Positions 10,234 through 20,700 of a DNA stretch of 64,000 bases are shown here, in pieces. The first letter of the stretch is position 1; each line of letters opens with the position of its first letter. Both the position numbers and the translations under genes were made by a program. The stretch lies in the UHGV virus genome UHGV-1372779; one strand, 5' to 3'. The notes under the pieces are model-generated. The model had not been told where the DNA came from and did no database searches. It saw only the letters and a list, made by a program, of their open reading frames with translations. The stretch comes from a virus.

Positions 10234-11314
10234 CGTTTAACCTTTATACTTTCACATAAAGACTGACTATATCATCACTGTTAATCTTCATTAACAGTGT
10301 CTTGCGCTTCGAGAACAGCTTTTTGCTGTGCAATAAACTCTTCTTTAGTAAAGTTATCTCTTATTTTATATAATAAAGATGGAACTTGTTCGATATATGG
10401 TTTTACAATTTCTATAAACTTTTTACAATCTTCTTCTGTGCTAGAGGCAATTGAAAAAGTGCCCTTTCCTTCTTTAAAAGGTCTAAATTTTATATTCCAG
10501 ACTTCTAAAAAGTATTGGATAATTATATTAATTGTAGGTTCATCAACACAAGTAGCTATTTTTATAGTATGTTGAATTGAACTTCTTTGTTTAGATGTAT
10601 TTACATTTATACACCCATCATCCATATACCAAATTGCAATCCCTAAAGGATTTAACCAATTTAGCAATCTTCTAGTAATAGTTTTCTTTGGAATATAAAT
10701 AGTTCTCCTTAATGCTTTAATAGTTGGATTTAAGGACATTTGCGAATATAAAACGTTCTTTCCTATATTGTAGCCGCATTTAGAAATATATTCCTTAATT
10801 CCATTATTTTTAATATTAAATTTGTTAAGAAGATCTACTTTCCATTGTAAAAACTCTCTCTGTGCTTCTGAATGAGAAAGTTTAAAAACGTAATTACTAG
10901 AAATTGTTCCATCTCCTAATAAAAGTCCTATTAATAGACTTTTTTGTTCTTTACTAAGTTTTTTAGTTATTTTTCGTGCCATATTACCTAATATTTTAAA
11001 TTAAACATTAGATAAAAGTCCCTACTCCCATAAAGGGATAGTCGATGAACTTTCATCCTTATAAATATAAAGATATAAGAAAATTTGTCAATTGACTAGT
11101 CTTATATCAAAATATTTATCTAGGATGCTTAGCTGCGGATTGTCCAATTTTAACCTTTTTTACTATACTGATAATAGTTAATTATCACCATTAAGTGTAT
11201 TTCTACCTTAATTTAGTAGGTTAAACTCTAAGGAGTTCCCCGCCAATTCACAAGATTTATTATAGTGACTACAATATTTAATTTGTCACCTAGCTAAACT
11301 TAAAAACTAGGTCA
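10234..11314 (-). mobile_element. Group I self-splicing intron of about 1081 nt carrying a LAGLIDADG homing-endonuclease ORF in the P8 region.
   Basis: Elements read on the minus strand:
- P-like 'aattggcgggg' at 11237-11249.
- Q-like 'acaatccgcagc' at 11132-11143.
- R 'gttcatcgactatcc' at 11035-11050.
- S 'gatatagtcagtc' at 10261-10273, with P7 formed by gacta/tagtc.
- P9 hairpin at 10242-10260.
- Internal guide sequence 'gtagtcact' at 11266-11274, pairing with the exon-1 end 'agtgactaT' at 11315-11323 (9 bp, closed by U:G at the splice site).
- P10 between 'atatt' and exon-2 'gatat'.
- The intron begins with the TGA that ends the upstream ORF. Its terminal G at 10234 precedes the first sense codon of the downstream open frame. 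Confidence 0.7.
10281..10982 (-). CDS. LAGLIDADG homing endonuclease with two motifs, encoded inside the intron.
   Basis: 'LLIGLLLGDGTIS' and 'IAIWYMDDGCIN' are the two LAGLIDADG motifs. The ORF sits between the intron R and S core elements. Confidence 0.8.
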   Translation of the reverse strand: MARKITKKLSKEQKSLLIGLLLGDGTISSNYVFKLSHSEAQREFLQWKVDLLNKFNIKNNGIKEYISKCGYNIGKNVLYSQMSLNPTIKALRRTIYIPKKTITRRLLNWLNPLGIAIWYMDDGCINVNTSKQRSSIQHTIKIATCVDEPTINIIIQYFLEVWNIKFRPFKEGKGTFSIASSTEEDCKKFIEIVKPYIEQVPSLLYKIRDNFTKEEFIAQQKAVLEAQDTVNED

Positions 11315-14300
11315 ATAGTCACTTCCCTGTAACCAAATTTGGTAATGTGATACATAAGCCTCATTGCTTTCAGCATCAGAGAATCCTACAACTTTCATAG
11401 TCATAATTGATTGGAAAGCCTGAGCTGGAATACGATTAGCTGTAACATTTAAAGCCTCCTTAAATGAAGTAAACATCTTTTCAGCTTTTCTATTTATATT
11501 ATTTCTAATAGATTGGTTATATCTACCTTTAACCTCTCTAACTAATTCTTCATTTTCTAAATTACTTAAATCTCCAAAGGAATTTAATAACTTAGTATCA
11601 TAAGTTCCAAAAAAGGTTAATAATGTATTTATATTATCAGGATTAAAATTATAGAATATTCCATTATAGTTTTGGTCTTTAGATACATCTAATAATCTAG
11701 TCATATTATTAGGATCAACTACTATAACTTCTTGCGGAATCTGTGATTTGGGATCTTTGTAAAACTTCAATCCATCTATTTTATATAATTTTCTTCCTGC
11801 TTCATCCATTCTCCAGATTTCTCCATCAATATTATCTTTAATAATATCTATCTCCTCTAATTCAGAAATATAATCATTCTTTGAAGAAGAATCATTAATT
11901 ATAACTTGAGCATTTGCTCCAGCTGGATTTAATAATAATGCATCTATATTGTTGTTATTCTTAATTTCCTCCTTAGCTGCATTATAGTTAGCTATAAGCT
12001 TTTCTCTAAAAAATCTGCCATTGCTATTTATTACATCTGGAATAGAATCCCCAGGTCTAAGGAAGAATTTAGTTTGATATATCTTAGATAGAACTACCTC
12101 TGCAGGATTTATTATTATATTCTCTATTTTAACCATTAATTCTTCTGGAGTATATTGAGACAACATCGTTCTATCAATTCTTTCTCCAGTACTAATATTA
12201 TATAAATTATCTTGATTTGCAGATATAATATCATTAATCCTAGGATCTAAAGAAGATAATTCATAAAATCCCTCATCCAATCTAGATAAAGACTTATTAA
12301 TTCTATTTTGCACCTCTAGTATTTGTTCATCAGAGCCTTTATTAGCTCTTAATTCAAAGATTGTTTTAACTAGTGGATTATCATAAATACTATATGTGTA
12401 ATCAATTCCTGGTATTCTGAATGTTACATTCATAGGAGCTAATTCCTTCCTAGAATCTTTTATTATAGTAAGAGGTTTATCAGAATTTTTATATTTCTGA
12501 TATAACTCATAGGTATTAATTTCTTCATCTTGACCTGATTCTTCATTAAACACCACATCTCCGAATTTTAGATCAGATGGATTTATTGTTGGATTCAGAT
12601 TCGGCGCAGAATCTTTAAAATTATCTACTGCACTTATTCTATCTAATCCTTCCCCAGTAGCTCTATATCCAGCCTTAGCAGCTATTAATTCTAAATCAAA
12701 TTCTGAATAAGTTCCATTTAAATTAATAGGGTTTCCATTAATATCAACAAATCCTTCTGTTCCATCAAAATGATAAAATTTCATAGAACCATAAGAAGGT
12801 TTCATTACAGCTCCCATACCAGAGAATGTTCTCTTAATACTATCAGAATTCATTTTGGATGTAAGCATTGTGATAAATTGATTATGAATACTTCCTGCAC
12901 TGAATGGAGTTTTAAAATTAAAATCAGCTGTATTAAATTCTGTATTTAAATTATTCTCAAATTCTTGAGCTATTTCATTTAAATATCCATTTAATAGTGC
13001 ATCAGAATCAGATCCAGTAGATAATGCTCTTAATAGAGATTTTGTCAGAGTTTTATATAATTTAGTCTTATTACCTAAAGATATCTCATTATATGCCTCA
13101 ACAGCTCTTGCATCATTCTGAGCTTCTAAATACTCTTTTAGTGTTAAATCAACAATACTTCCTAAAGCATTATAGGCTCTAGAAGCTAATTTTATTGTAT
13201 TACCATTAGCAGCCAATGTAGATATAATCTGAGTAGATTCAGTTACTTCTGAATTATCTGCATGGTGATCAGCATTCATTTGAATTCCAAAATATTGAGA
13301 ACCTATAGTGTAATAATTCAAATCTGAATCATCATATCTACTTGTGGCTGGATTAGTATTTCTAGCTCCAACTTTAAGTGCAGAACCATTGATTAAATAG
13401 TGAATATCACTATGCTTCATTGGTTGATAGATATAATTTTGATCTAATATTACCTTTAGATTTCCATTACTATCAAAGAAGTCTGATTTATTTTCAGATA
13501 ATTTATTTTCTTCTACATCATATATGTTAGATTGGAATGAAGCGTTTTCATTACCTATTACTTGTCTAATATTATTTAAGTCTTCCTTAGTTTTATAGAA
13601 TCCAGTAGAATTTATAAATTTGGCTACAGCTTTAACTGATGCTTCACTAGGTTCTAAAAATCTATTAACTGGATTTTCAGAGTTTAAAGAGAAACTTCTT
13701 TGTCCTCCTAATGCTTCCCATAATTTAAAATTGGTATCAATTAACACATTAGGTCTTTCTTTTATAAAACTGTTAGGAGCCTGAGTTCCATCTCTATTTA
13801 CATGAACCTCTTTTATAGTATATCTATTATTTCCCTCTGGAATTATGTCTAATATTTGACGATACTCACCTTCATCAGTATTAAAATAATAAATACTTTC
13901 CTTAAGAACCTGATCTAAAGATCTTAAATTTCCATCAAAATCTTGCATTAAATTAAGAACCGGAATAGGCCAAGCTCTGTCAGTCATTTTCTTTAATAGC
14001 TTAATTTTTTCTGGAGAATGTCTCATTACATTATTATCAATTGCAAATGAAGCACATTTAAATAATGAAGCAGAACCATGAATAGGATTTATGTCATATC
14101 CAAAGTTCTTTCTATTTTGTCCAGCTGAACTTGAGAACATTGAATTATTCTCTAATTCATTTTGCCAACCAGTACATTCCATAGAACCATCTAGGGGCTT
14201 AACTACATCTTCTTCTCCAGAAGGATTAAATACTGGTGCCTCAATATCTTTAATAACAGCACACCTAATTTCAGATCCAGTTCCTTCTAAAGATCCTTGA

Positions 14301-17300
14301 TAATAGTTATGAATAGTACCCTGCATCATAACCATACGTTTATATTGAGCAATCAATCTATTAGCATGGTCATTTATACAATAATTCTCTTCATTACCTT
14401 CAAATTTAACTTTCTTTAGTTTAGAAGGATGAGCATAAGGCTCCCCTGCAGTAATCTGCATAAATTGATTAGATAAATACCCATCTAAAAAGAAGAATTT
14501 TTCAAATATAGGATTTAATTTACCATCTCTAATAATATCCATGTACCCATCTTTTCCTATCCAAGAATATGCTGTGTAATCATCTTTTAAGAAACTAAAC
14601 ACATCAGTATCTATCTTAATGTGCTTATCTAAGATGTCTTGTTTGAAGTTATCCATAGACCTCTTTATAAATCTTTCATAAGCCTTATCAGAAGTTGTAG
14701 ATACTTTATATATCTCACTCATATATTCTATGAAAGGGTTCATTCTCATTTTTCCATCTACTTTAGAGAAATGAGTTTCTTCTACCCATTCAAAAGTGGG
14801 ATCTTCATGAGCAATTTGTGAAGCCACAGCTTGTACTTCTTTGAATCTATTAGTTAGCATATCATTAATAGTATTCATGTTTTTTCTAACAGCTCTAGCT
14901 TTTCCTTCTTCTGATGTACTATTAAATATATTAGTAGCTATATTAACCCCTAATCTTTCTCCTATTCTTGAATAAGTATTAAATAAGTTACTTAATACAT
15001 TAGTATAATAGGTCTTTTGTCTTCTCCTATTCTCTTGCTCAATTTCAGGAGCGGTTACACTTGATAAACTTTTATCATTAATCTTTAAATCTTTAGATAT
15101 AGTAACTAATGACTGGTTTGCCTTGTCTGCATATACAGTAGGAAGAAAGTTTATATCATTTCCATCTATTAAATTCTTATAAAAGTCTAATATAACAGAT
15201 GAAGTAGTATACTCAGCTACATTAAATTTATTCTTTTGTATAACTCTTCCTGATTGAGTTACAAATTCAGTTTTTAATCTAACTCCTTTAATTAAGTCAG
15301 GAGAATTAAATAAAATATTTTCAGAAAAAATATTTTTAAATTGAGGATTTCTTTTTAATTCTCTATTCTGATATTGTTTTACTACTTCTATAAAATCAGG
15401 AATAGTTTTCATAAGATTCATCAACCCCACTGAAGGAACATTATCCCCATCTGAATTTTTATATGTACTAGGATTAGTATCCCCATTTATTATACTTAGA
15501 GAAGATACTATAGATTTAAATATAGCACTTCTTCCGGTCCCTGAAGAATTTCTACTTATTAATAATCTAGGACTTATTGTAGGATTAATAAATTGTTTAT
15601 TAAATGCTTCTCCACTTAATCCAGAATATCTTCTATCACTTTTAACTTCTCTAACAAATTCTTCTGGTGTGAATTTCTTTTTATTATCTACTTCCTTCTT
15701 ATGAATATCCTCTAATACCCTTAACGTGTCTAAAGTGCTGTATAAAAATGATAATAAATCTGATTTAAGATTATTTTCATCTTTATATTCATTAGTCATT
15801 CTAGAATACAATTGTCCAGCTGTGTTCTTAAATGGGAATCCAGTAGTAAGCTGTAATAATTCTAGCAATCTATATCCATCCATTACATCTGGATCTACTT
15901 TTTCTCCATTTATAATTTTACTTACCTGATCTGGAGTAGGCATTATTAAACTTTCTCTTACAGATTTATTATAATCTGTTCTAGTAACAGGATCTAACTT
16001 TTCTGCCTTCATATTTGGAGATAAGTTAATAGATCTGTTATTTAGTTTAATAGTTATAGTTTGGTCATTATTATATGTTAATCCGAACCCATCGTTTTGG
16101 TCTTTAATTATATTTAATAGTTCATTAGTAACTAAGCTATTTAAATCATTAGCTGAATTTACTTCATAATTTTTTAATGTAGACTCATATGAAATATTTG
16201 AAAATGTATCAATTTCATATTGTTTTGTATCTGGATTAAATTTATATGAAATATATTCAGAAGGCCCTTGTTTATTTATATAAGCCATTATATCCATAAA
16301 ATAGTTAAAATCTAAATCAGTCTGATTTTTAGCTATTATGTTATATAATGATGTTGCTTTAGGACTTGGGTCTATAATACTTTTATATATAGAATATAAT
16401 GTATCTTTTACTGAATTATCAAAGCTATCATTATATTTAAATTGTTTAAATGCGGATTGAGTTCCGAAGAATCTATTAAATAATTTAAGATATGCCTTAG
16501 TAGGATTTAAATGGGCTTCATTTAATTCTGGATATTTATTCTTAACTGAAGAATTATTGAATTTAGCTATGGCTGTGTTAAAATCATTAACTGTTAAATA
16601 ACTAAATCCATCCCAATTCCCATTAAGATCTAATTTCTTAATATTTTGAATTATAGCTTTAGTAACTGCTGCAGTTTCTCTTTCTATACTTGTTTCAAAA
16701 TTAGTTGTGGAGAAACTTTGTCTAATTATATTCTTTTTAAATGGAAGATATTTAGGTTCATACAGATTAGAAGTTACAATTCCAAACTTCTTAGGATCTA
16801 TATAAACTAACCCAGTAGTAATAATGTTAATTAAATTATCAAAATTTTCTAAAGCTATAGTAGAATTATAAGCATCAATAAACAATTTATCATTAGGAGA
16901 TAATTTAGTAAATGCTCTGTCATTTATTGAATTTAATCTAGAAGTAGGATTATTAGTTTCATAGTATTCATTTATTCTTCTAATAACTTCATTAAATCCT
17001 TCTAAATTAAAATCTCCATTTACATTATATAGATTTACTTTAGGCAGTTCCAAAAAGTTAGTGATATTATCTAATAAGTCTTGTTTGTATTGACCTATAT
17101 TTAAATTCATATCCTTAACAGTTTTGGCTATCTTTCCAGAATCAAAATCTAAAAAGGATGTTTTAAATATGTCCTTTCCAAAACTATTTTGGAATCTGCT
17201 TAATAATGCAGAATTAGTTTGAAATTTATTGCTTAAATCTAGAGTAGATTTAATATTACTAGAATAATCTACATCTTTTCTACTAGATTCTATTTCATTT

Positions 17301-17719
17301 ACTAATGTCTCAGTAGCTATTTTTTGAGCTTGATCAAAATCTTCCACACTTTCATCTGGAGAAACTAGTACTTGATAAGTTTCATTAGTTAATGCCGGGT
17401 TATTAGTTGCATCTGATTTGATAGATGCTTTAGGATCAGCAGAAGGAACTGTAGAAATATTTAATATATTTTTATCTAAAGAATCTTTAATCTTAGAATA
17501 ATCTCTCCCATTTGTTAGTGTTTTTTGGTTAAGATATTCTTTTATAGCTTCTACTAAATTTTGATCAGAGGGAATTCTGAAATCTTTTTGCAAAGATTCT
17601 TTAATATCTCTGAACTGATCAGTAGAAATACTATCACCCTGGAATATTACATCCCAAGGTGATAGATTTATTAAAAAGGTTTGAGATCTGGATGACTCAT
17701 TAAAAAAATCACATGCCAT
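11312..17719 (-). CDS. Proposed exon 1 of the split giant gene, about 2135 aa. The first ATG gives MACDFFNE. The codon at 17728 that the track annotated as the start is TTG.
   Basis: The ATG at 17717-17719 lies 2 nt after the upstream stop. The ORF ends in a TGA that is the first triplet of the group I intron. There is no in-frame stop across 6.4 kb. Confidence 0.65.
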   Translation of the reverse strand: MACDFFNESSRSQTFLINLSPWDVIFQGDSISTDQFRDIKESLQKDFRIPSDQNLVEAIKEYLNQKTLTNGRDYSKIKDSLDKNILNISTVPSADPKASIKSDATNNPALTNETYQVLVSPDESVEDFDQAQKIATETLVNEIESSRKDVDYSSNIKSTLDLSNKFQTNSALLSRFQNSFGKDIFKTSFLDFDSGKIAKTVKDMNLNIGQYKQDLLDNITNFLELPKVNLYNVNGDFNLEGFNEVIRRINEYYETNNPTSRLNSINDRAFTKLSPNDKLFIDAYNSTIALENFDNLINIITTGLVYIDPKKFGIVTSNLYEPKYLPFKKNIIRQSFSTTNFETSIERETAAVTKAIIQNIKKLDLNGNWDGFSYLTVNDFNTAIAKFNNSSVKNKYPELNEAHLNPTKAYLKLFNRFFGTQSAFKQFKYNDSFDNSVKDTLYSIYKSIIDPSPKATSLYNIIAKNQTDLDFNYFMDIMAYINKQGPSEYISYKFNPDTKQYEIDTFSNISYESTLKNYEVNSANDLNSLVTNELLNIIKDQNDGFGLTYNNDQTITIKLNNRSINLSPNMKAEKLDPVTRTDYNKSVRESLIMPTPDQVSKIINGEKVDPDVMDGYRLLELLQLTTGFPFKNTAGQLYSRMTNEYKDENNLKSDLLSFLYSTLDTLRVLEDIHKKEVDNKKKFTPEEFVREVKSDRRYSGLSGEAFNKQFINPTISPRLLISRNSSGTGRSAIFKSIVSSLSIINGDTNPSTYKNSDGDNVPSVGLMNLMKTIPDFIEVVKQYQNRELKRNPQFKNIFSENILFNSPDLIKGVRLKTEFVTQSGRVIQKNKFNVAEYTTSSVILDFYKNLIDGNDINFLPTVYADKANQSLVTISKDLKINDKSLSSVTAPEIEQENRRRQKTYYTNVLSNLFNTYSRIGERLGVNIATNIFNSTSEEGKARAVRKNMNTINDMLTNRFKEVQAVASQIAHEDPTFEWVEETHFSKVDGKMRMNPFIEYMSEIYKVSTTSDKAYERFIKRSMDNFKQDILDKHIKIDTDVFSFLKDDYTAYSWIGKDGYMDIIRDGKLNPIFEKFFFLDGYLSNQFMQITAGEPYAHPSKLKKVKFEGNEENYCINDHANRLIAQYKRMVMMQGTIHNYYQGSLEGTGSEIRCAVIKDIEAPVFNPSGEEDVVKPLDGSMECTGWQNELENNSMFSSSAGQNRKNFGYDINPIHGSASLFKCASFAIDNNVMRHSPEKIKLLKKMTDRAWPIPVLNLMQDFDGNLRSLDQVLKESIYYFNTDEGEYRQILDIIPEGNNRYTIKEVHVNRDGTQAPNSFIKERPNVLIDTNFKLWEALGGQRSFSLNSENPVNRFLEPSEASVKAVAKFINSTGFYKTKEDLNNIRQVIGNENASFQSNIYDVEENKLSENKSDFFDSNGNLKVILDQNYIYQPMKHSDIHYLINGSALKVGARNTNPATSRYDDSDLNYYTIGSQYFGIQMNADHHADNSEVTESTQIISTLAANGNTIKLASRAYNALGSIVDLTLKEYLEAQNDARAVEAYNEISLGNKTKLYKTLTKSLLRALSTGSDSDALLNGYLNEIAQEFENNLNTEFNTADFNFKTPFSAGSIHNQFITMLTSKMNSDSIKRTFSGMGAVMKPSYGSMKFYHFDGTEGFVDINGNPINLNGTYSEFDLELIAAKAGYRATGEGLDRISAVDNFKDSAPNLNPTINPSDLKFGDVVFNEESGQDEEINTYELYQKYKNSDKPLTIIKDSRKELAPMNVTFRIPGIDYTYSIYDNPLVKTIFELRANKGSDEQILEVQNRINKSLSRLDEGFYELSSLDPRINDIISANQDNLYNISTGERIDRTMLSQYTPEELMVKIENIIINPAEVVLSKIYQTKFFLRPGDSIPDVINSNGRFFREKLIANYNAAKEEIKNNNNIDALLLNPAGANAQVIINDSSSKNDYISELEEIDIIKDNIDGEIWRMDEAGRKLYKIDGLKFYKDPKSQIPQEVIVVDPNNMTRLLDVSKDQNYNGIFYNFNPDNINTLLTFFGTYDTKLLNSFGDLSNLENEELVREVKGRYNQSIRNNINRKAEKMFTSFKEALNVTANRIPAQAFQSIMTMKVVGFSDAESNEAYVSHYQIWLQGSDY

Positions 17720-17721
17720 AT

Positions 17722-20700
17722 TTAACAAATATTATATTTACTTCTTATTTTATTTATATCTATAAGTGCAGATTTAACATTTTCATTACTTAGTATATTT
17801 AAAATATTAGAATCAATTCTTCCGTTGATTACTAAATCATTAATTAGTTTTAAATCACCAATATTTGATTCAATTAATTTAAAATTATCTGCTAATGTAG
17901 CTAAATCTATTGCACTTATTTCTGAAGCACTAAACATACTTCCGAAATTATTTTGTAAATATAATCTATTTTCATTACTTTTCCTAATATTATCTTCTAT
18001 ATTTTCAATTGGTTTAGGTTGAGTGAAGATAGTAAATTCTCCACCAACATATTTAATATGACTTACAATACTATCAGAACCATGACTTATATTTAATCCA
18101 GGAATAATACTATTTAATTGAGGAATGTATTTGGAAACCAAATTATCCACAAATGTCTTAATATTCACTGGTCCATCTACATTAGCTTCTATAGTAGGCA
18201 ACATACTAGGTATAATCTTGTCAAATTCAGATTTTACTACTGGATTAGATATTCTATCTGAAACCCAAGTAAGATAATCAAGAGCTTGCTTTACGTTCTT
18301 AGATTGAATTTGTGTTTTTTGTTCAGTTTCTGGCTTAATACTAGGCTCTGAATTGTTAATAGTTTGAGATTCTGGCTGAGAAACATCTTGAGGTTTTTCA
18401 ACTTTTTTATATCCAAATTCTTCAGGATTAGCTAAATCTCTAGAAGCAACAAATGCAAATTGTGGAGTTTGTAAATCTCTGTCTATATAATAAGATCCTT
18501 CAAGATTTACTGCTCTAATAAAATTCTTATCCCCAGTATGTCCCTGTTGATCCTTATCATACATCATTACTGGGAATGGGTAAATCCCTTCTTTAAATAT
18601 AGGATTATAATTAGGCATGTCTTTACCCTGAACTTTACCAGTTAATGCAGCCTCCATAAAATCAAATAAATTTTCAGAGGTTATGTCCTTATCTAAATTT
18701 AAGAAGAATGTTTCATTTTCTTTATTTTCAATAATATTTGAGGTATACTTGCCTTGCTCTTCTCTTATTTTATCATTTATTATTTCTCTAAAATATCTGA
18801 GAACATCATTACCATTAATTTTTTCTGCACTAGATTTATATTGATCTAATAGTTTAGAATCTAACTCTTGATGCATCCTTTCCATAATCCTCATGATGTG
18901 GAATTCTGTTGCATTTGGAGTTTTAATATTAGTAAGTTGCTGACTATTAGTACTAGCTAAGGCAGATAATCCAGAATATAATCTATCTGCGATTTTATAA
19001 AATTTATTTCCGGTTTGACCGTAAGCCTCTAACCAATTCTTATAATTTAATATAGATAATATTATATCAAATCCTGTATAATCCCCAAAATAAGACTTAT
19101 AGAATTTATTTCCTAATTTAGAAGCACTAGATTGTGAATAAGATTTTACATACTTATCATAGTTATTAAAGAACTCTCTAAAAGTTAAAGGATTAGGACT
19201 AAGAACAATCATTCTTATTTTATCCCTCATATCTGGATTGTTATCAAACTCTCCTGATGCTTGTCTAATGTAATAATCTCCATACTCACTTTCTGGAATT
19301 ACATTTCCATCTTCATCATAGATCTTTTCCGCATAGGTTGCAAAGACAATGGCTTTACCTTTTAGATTATATTTTTTGGTTTCATAAGTTAATTTTAATA
19401 ACTTATCTTGTAACTCTCTTCCTATTTTTGTTCTTTCAGTAAGATCCTCTGTAGAATTATATCTCTCTCTAGTTCTATTATAATCATTCTGAGCTTCTAT
19501 AATTCTATCACTGGCTTCTTGAATGTCAGAGTTTCTTTTAGTCTTATTACTATTATAATCTACAACAACATAAGGATTTGAGAAATATATTCCTTTAAAT
19601 TGTGTACCCCTATCTTCAAAATTATAATGTTTTCTTCCTTCTGGATCTTTCTTATAAATAACTAAATTGGTTATTTTTTCTAATTCAAAATCATCAGATA
19701 ATGGAATATATTCTGATGTATATAATTTAGAATAATCAGAAGGAACTCTATTCATAATTTCTGAATAGAATGGTTTATAAGAGGCAAACCATTTAGATTT
19801 TTCAAATTTAGCCTCATTTCCATTAGGAAGACTATATATAGATAATTCTATATTTTGTTGAGAAGTACTAGAATTTAAAATAGGTATAGTATAAACAACT
19901 CTTAACCTCTCTGATCTATTACTTCCATCTGAATGTATTTCCCCGTCGTAAAAATATTTAACTGCTTTAAGTTGGAATTTTCCATTTTTTAAATCTAATG
20001 ATCCAGTATTTCCGACTACATCTCTAAATGTATTATTAACATTAGATTCTATAAGATCTAATTCTTGATTTCTTCTTTCTTTAGATTTGAAACTATATAA
20101 TACACTCTTTATACTCTGAACCGTTCTATCGACCTTTTTAAAATTATCGGGGGATAATTTAGAATATGATCCATTAAAGAAGGCTGTATGATCAGAATCA
20201 TATAATCCAGAACTTGTTATATCAGATTTAATACTGTAAGATAAGATATTTCCATCTTTATCTTTTATTGGAAATTCTTTAATTCTATTATCATAAGAGT
20301 AAGCAATAAAACTATCTTCTGGATATTCTCTTACTTTGCTATCACTTCTATATAACTCTTCTGTAACTCTATTAGATTTTTCTTCGTCCTGATCAAATAC
20401 TTCATCTATTACTCTATCTAATGTTACATTTCCTGTTTTAGTATCACTTGTGGTAGTTTTAGATTTAGGTTCTTGGGGAGTAATAGTTTCAGGAGCTACA
20501 TAATTCTGTAATATAGATTCTAAAGATTTAAGTCTTAATTCAGAAAAAGATTTTGCAGATTCACTACTTAACACTGATTCTTGGGTATAATTTAATTTCT
20601 CTGAACCCTTTGTAAAGGTTTGTGAACTTAAATTATTATCTATTATAATAGTCCCATCTTTAGATCTAGTAATAGCTGTATATAAGTCTCTAATATTCTT

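Noticed and set aside
11312-17719. Two-barrel RNA polymerase DxDGD motif in the ~2135-aa protein ('DFDGN').
   Set aside because: It does not match the canonical metal-binding motif. I cannot support an RNAP call from the sequence alone, so I leave it as a giant protein of unknown function.
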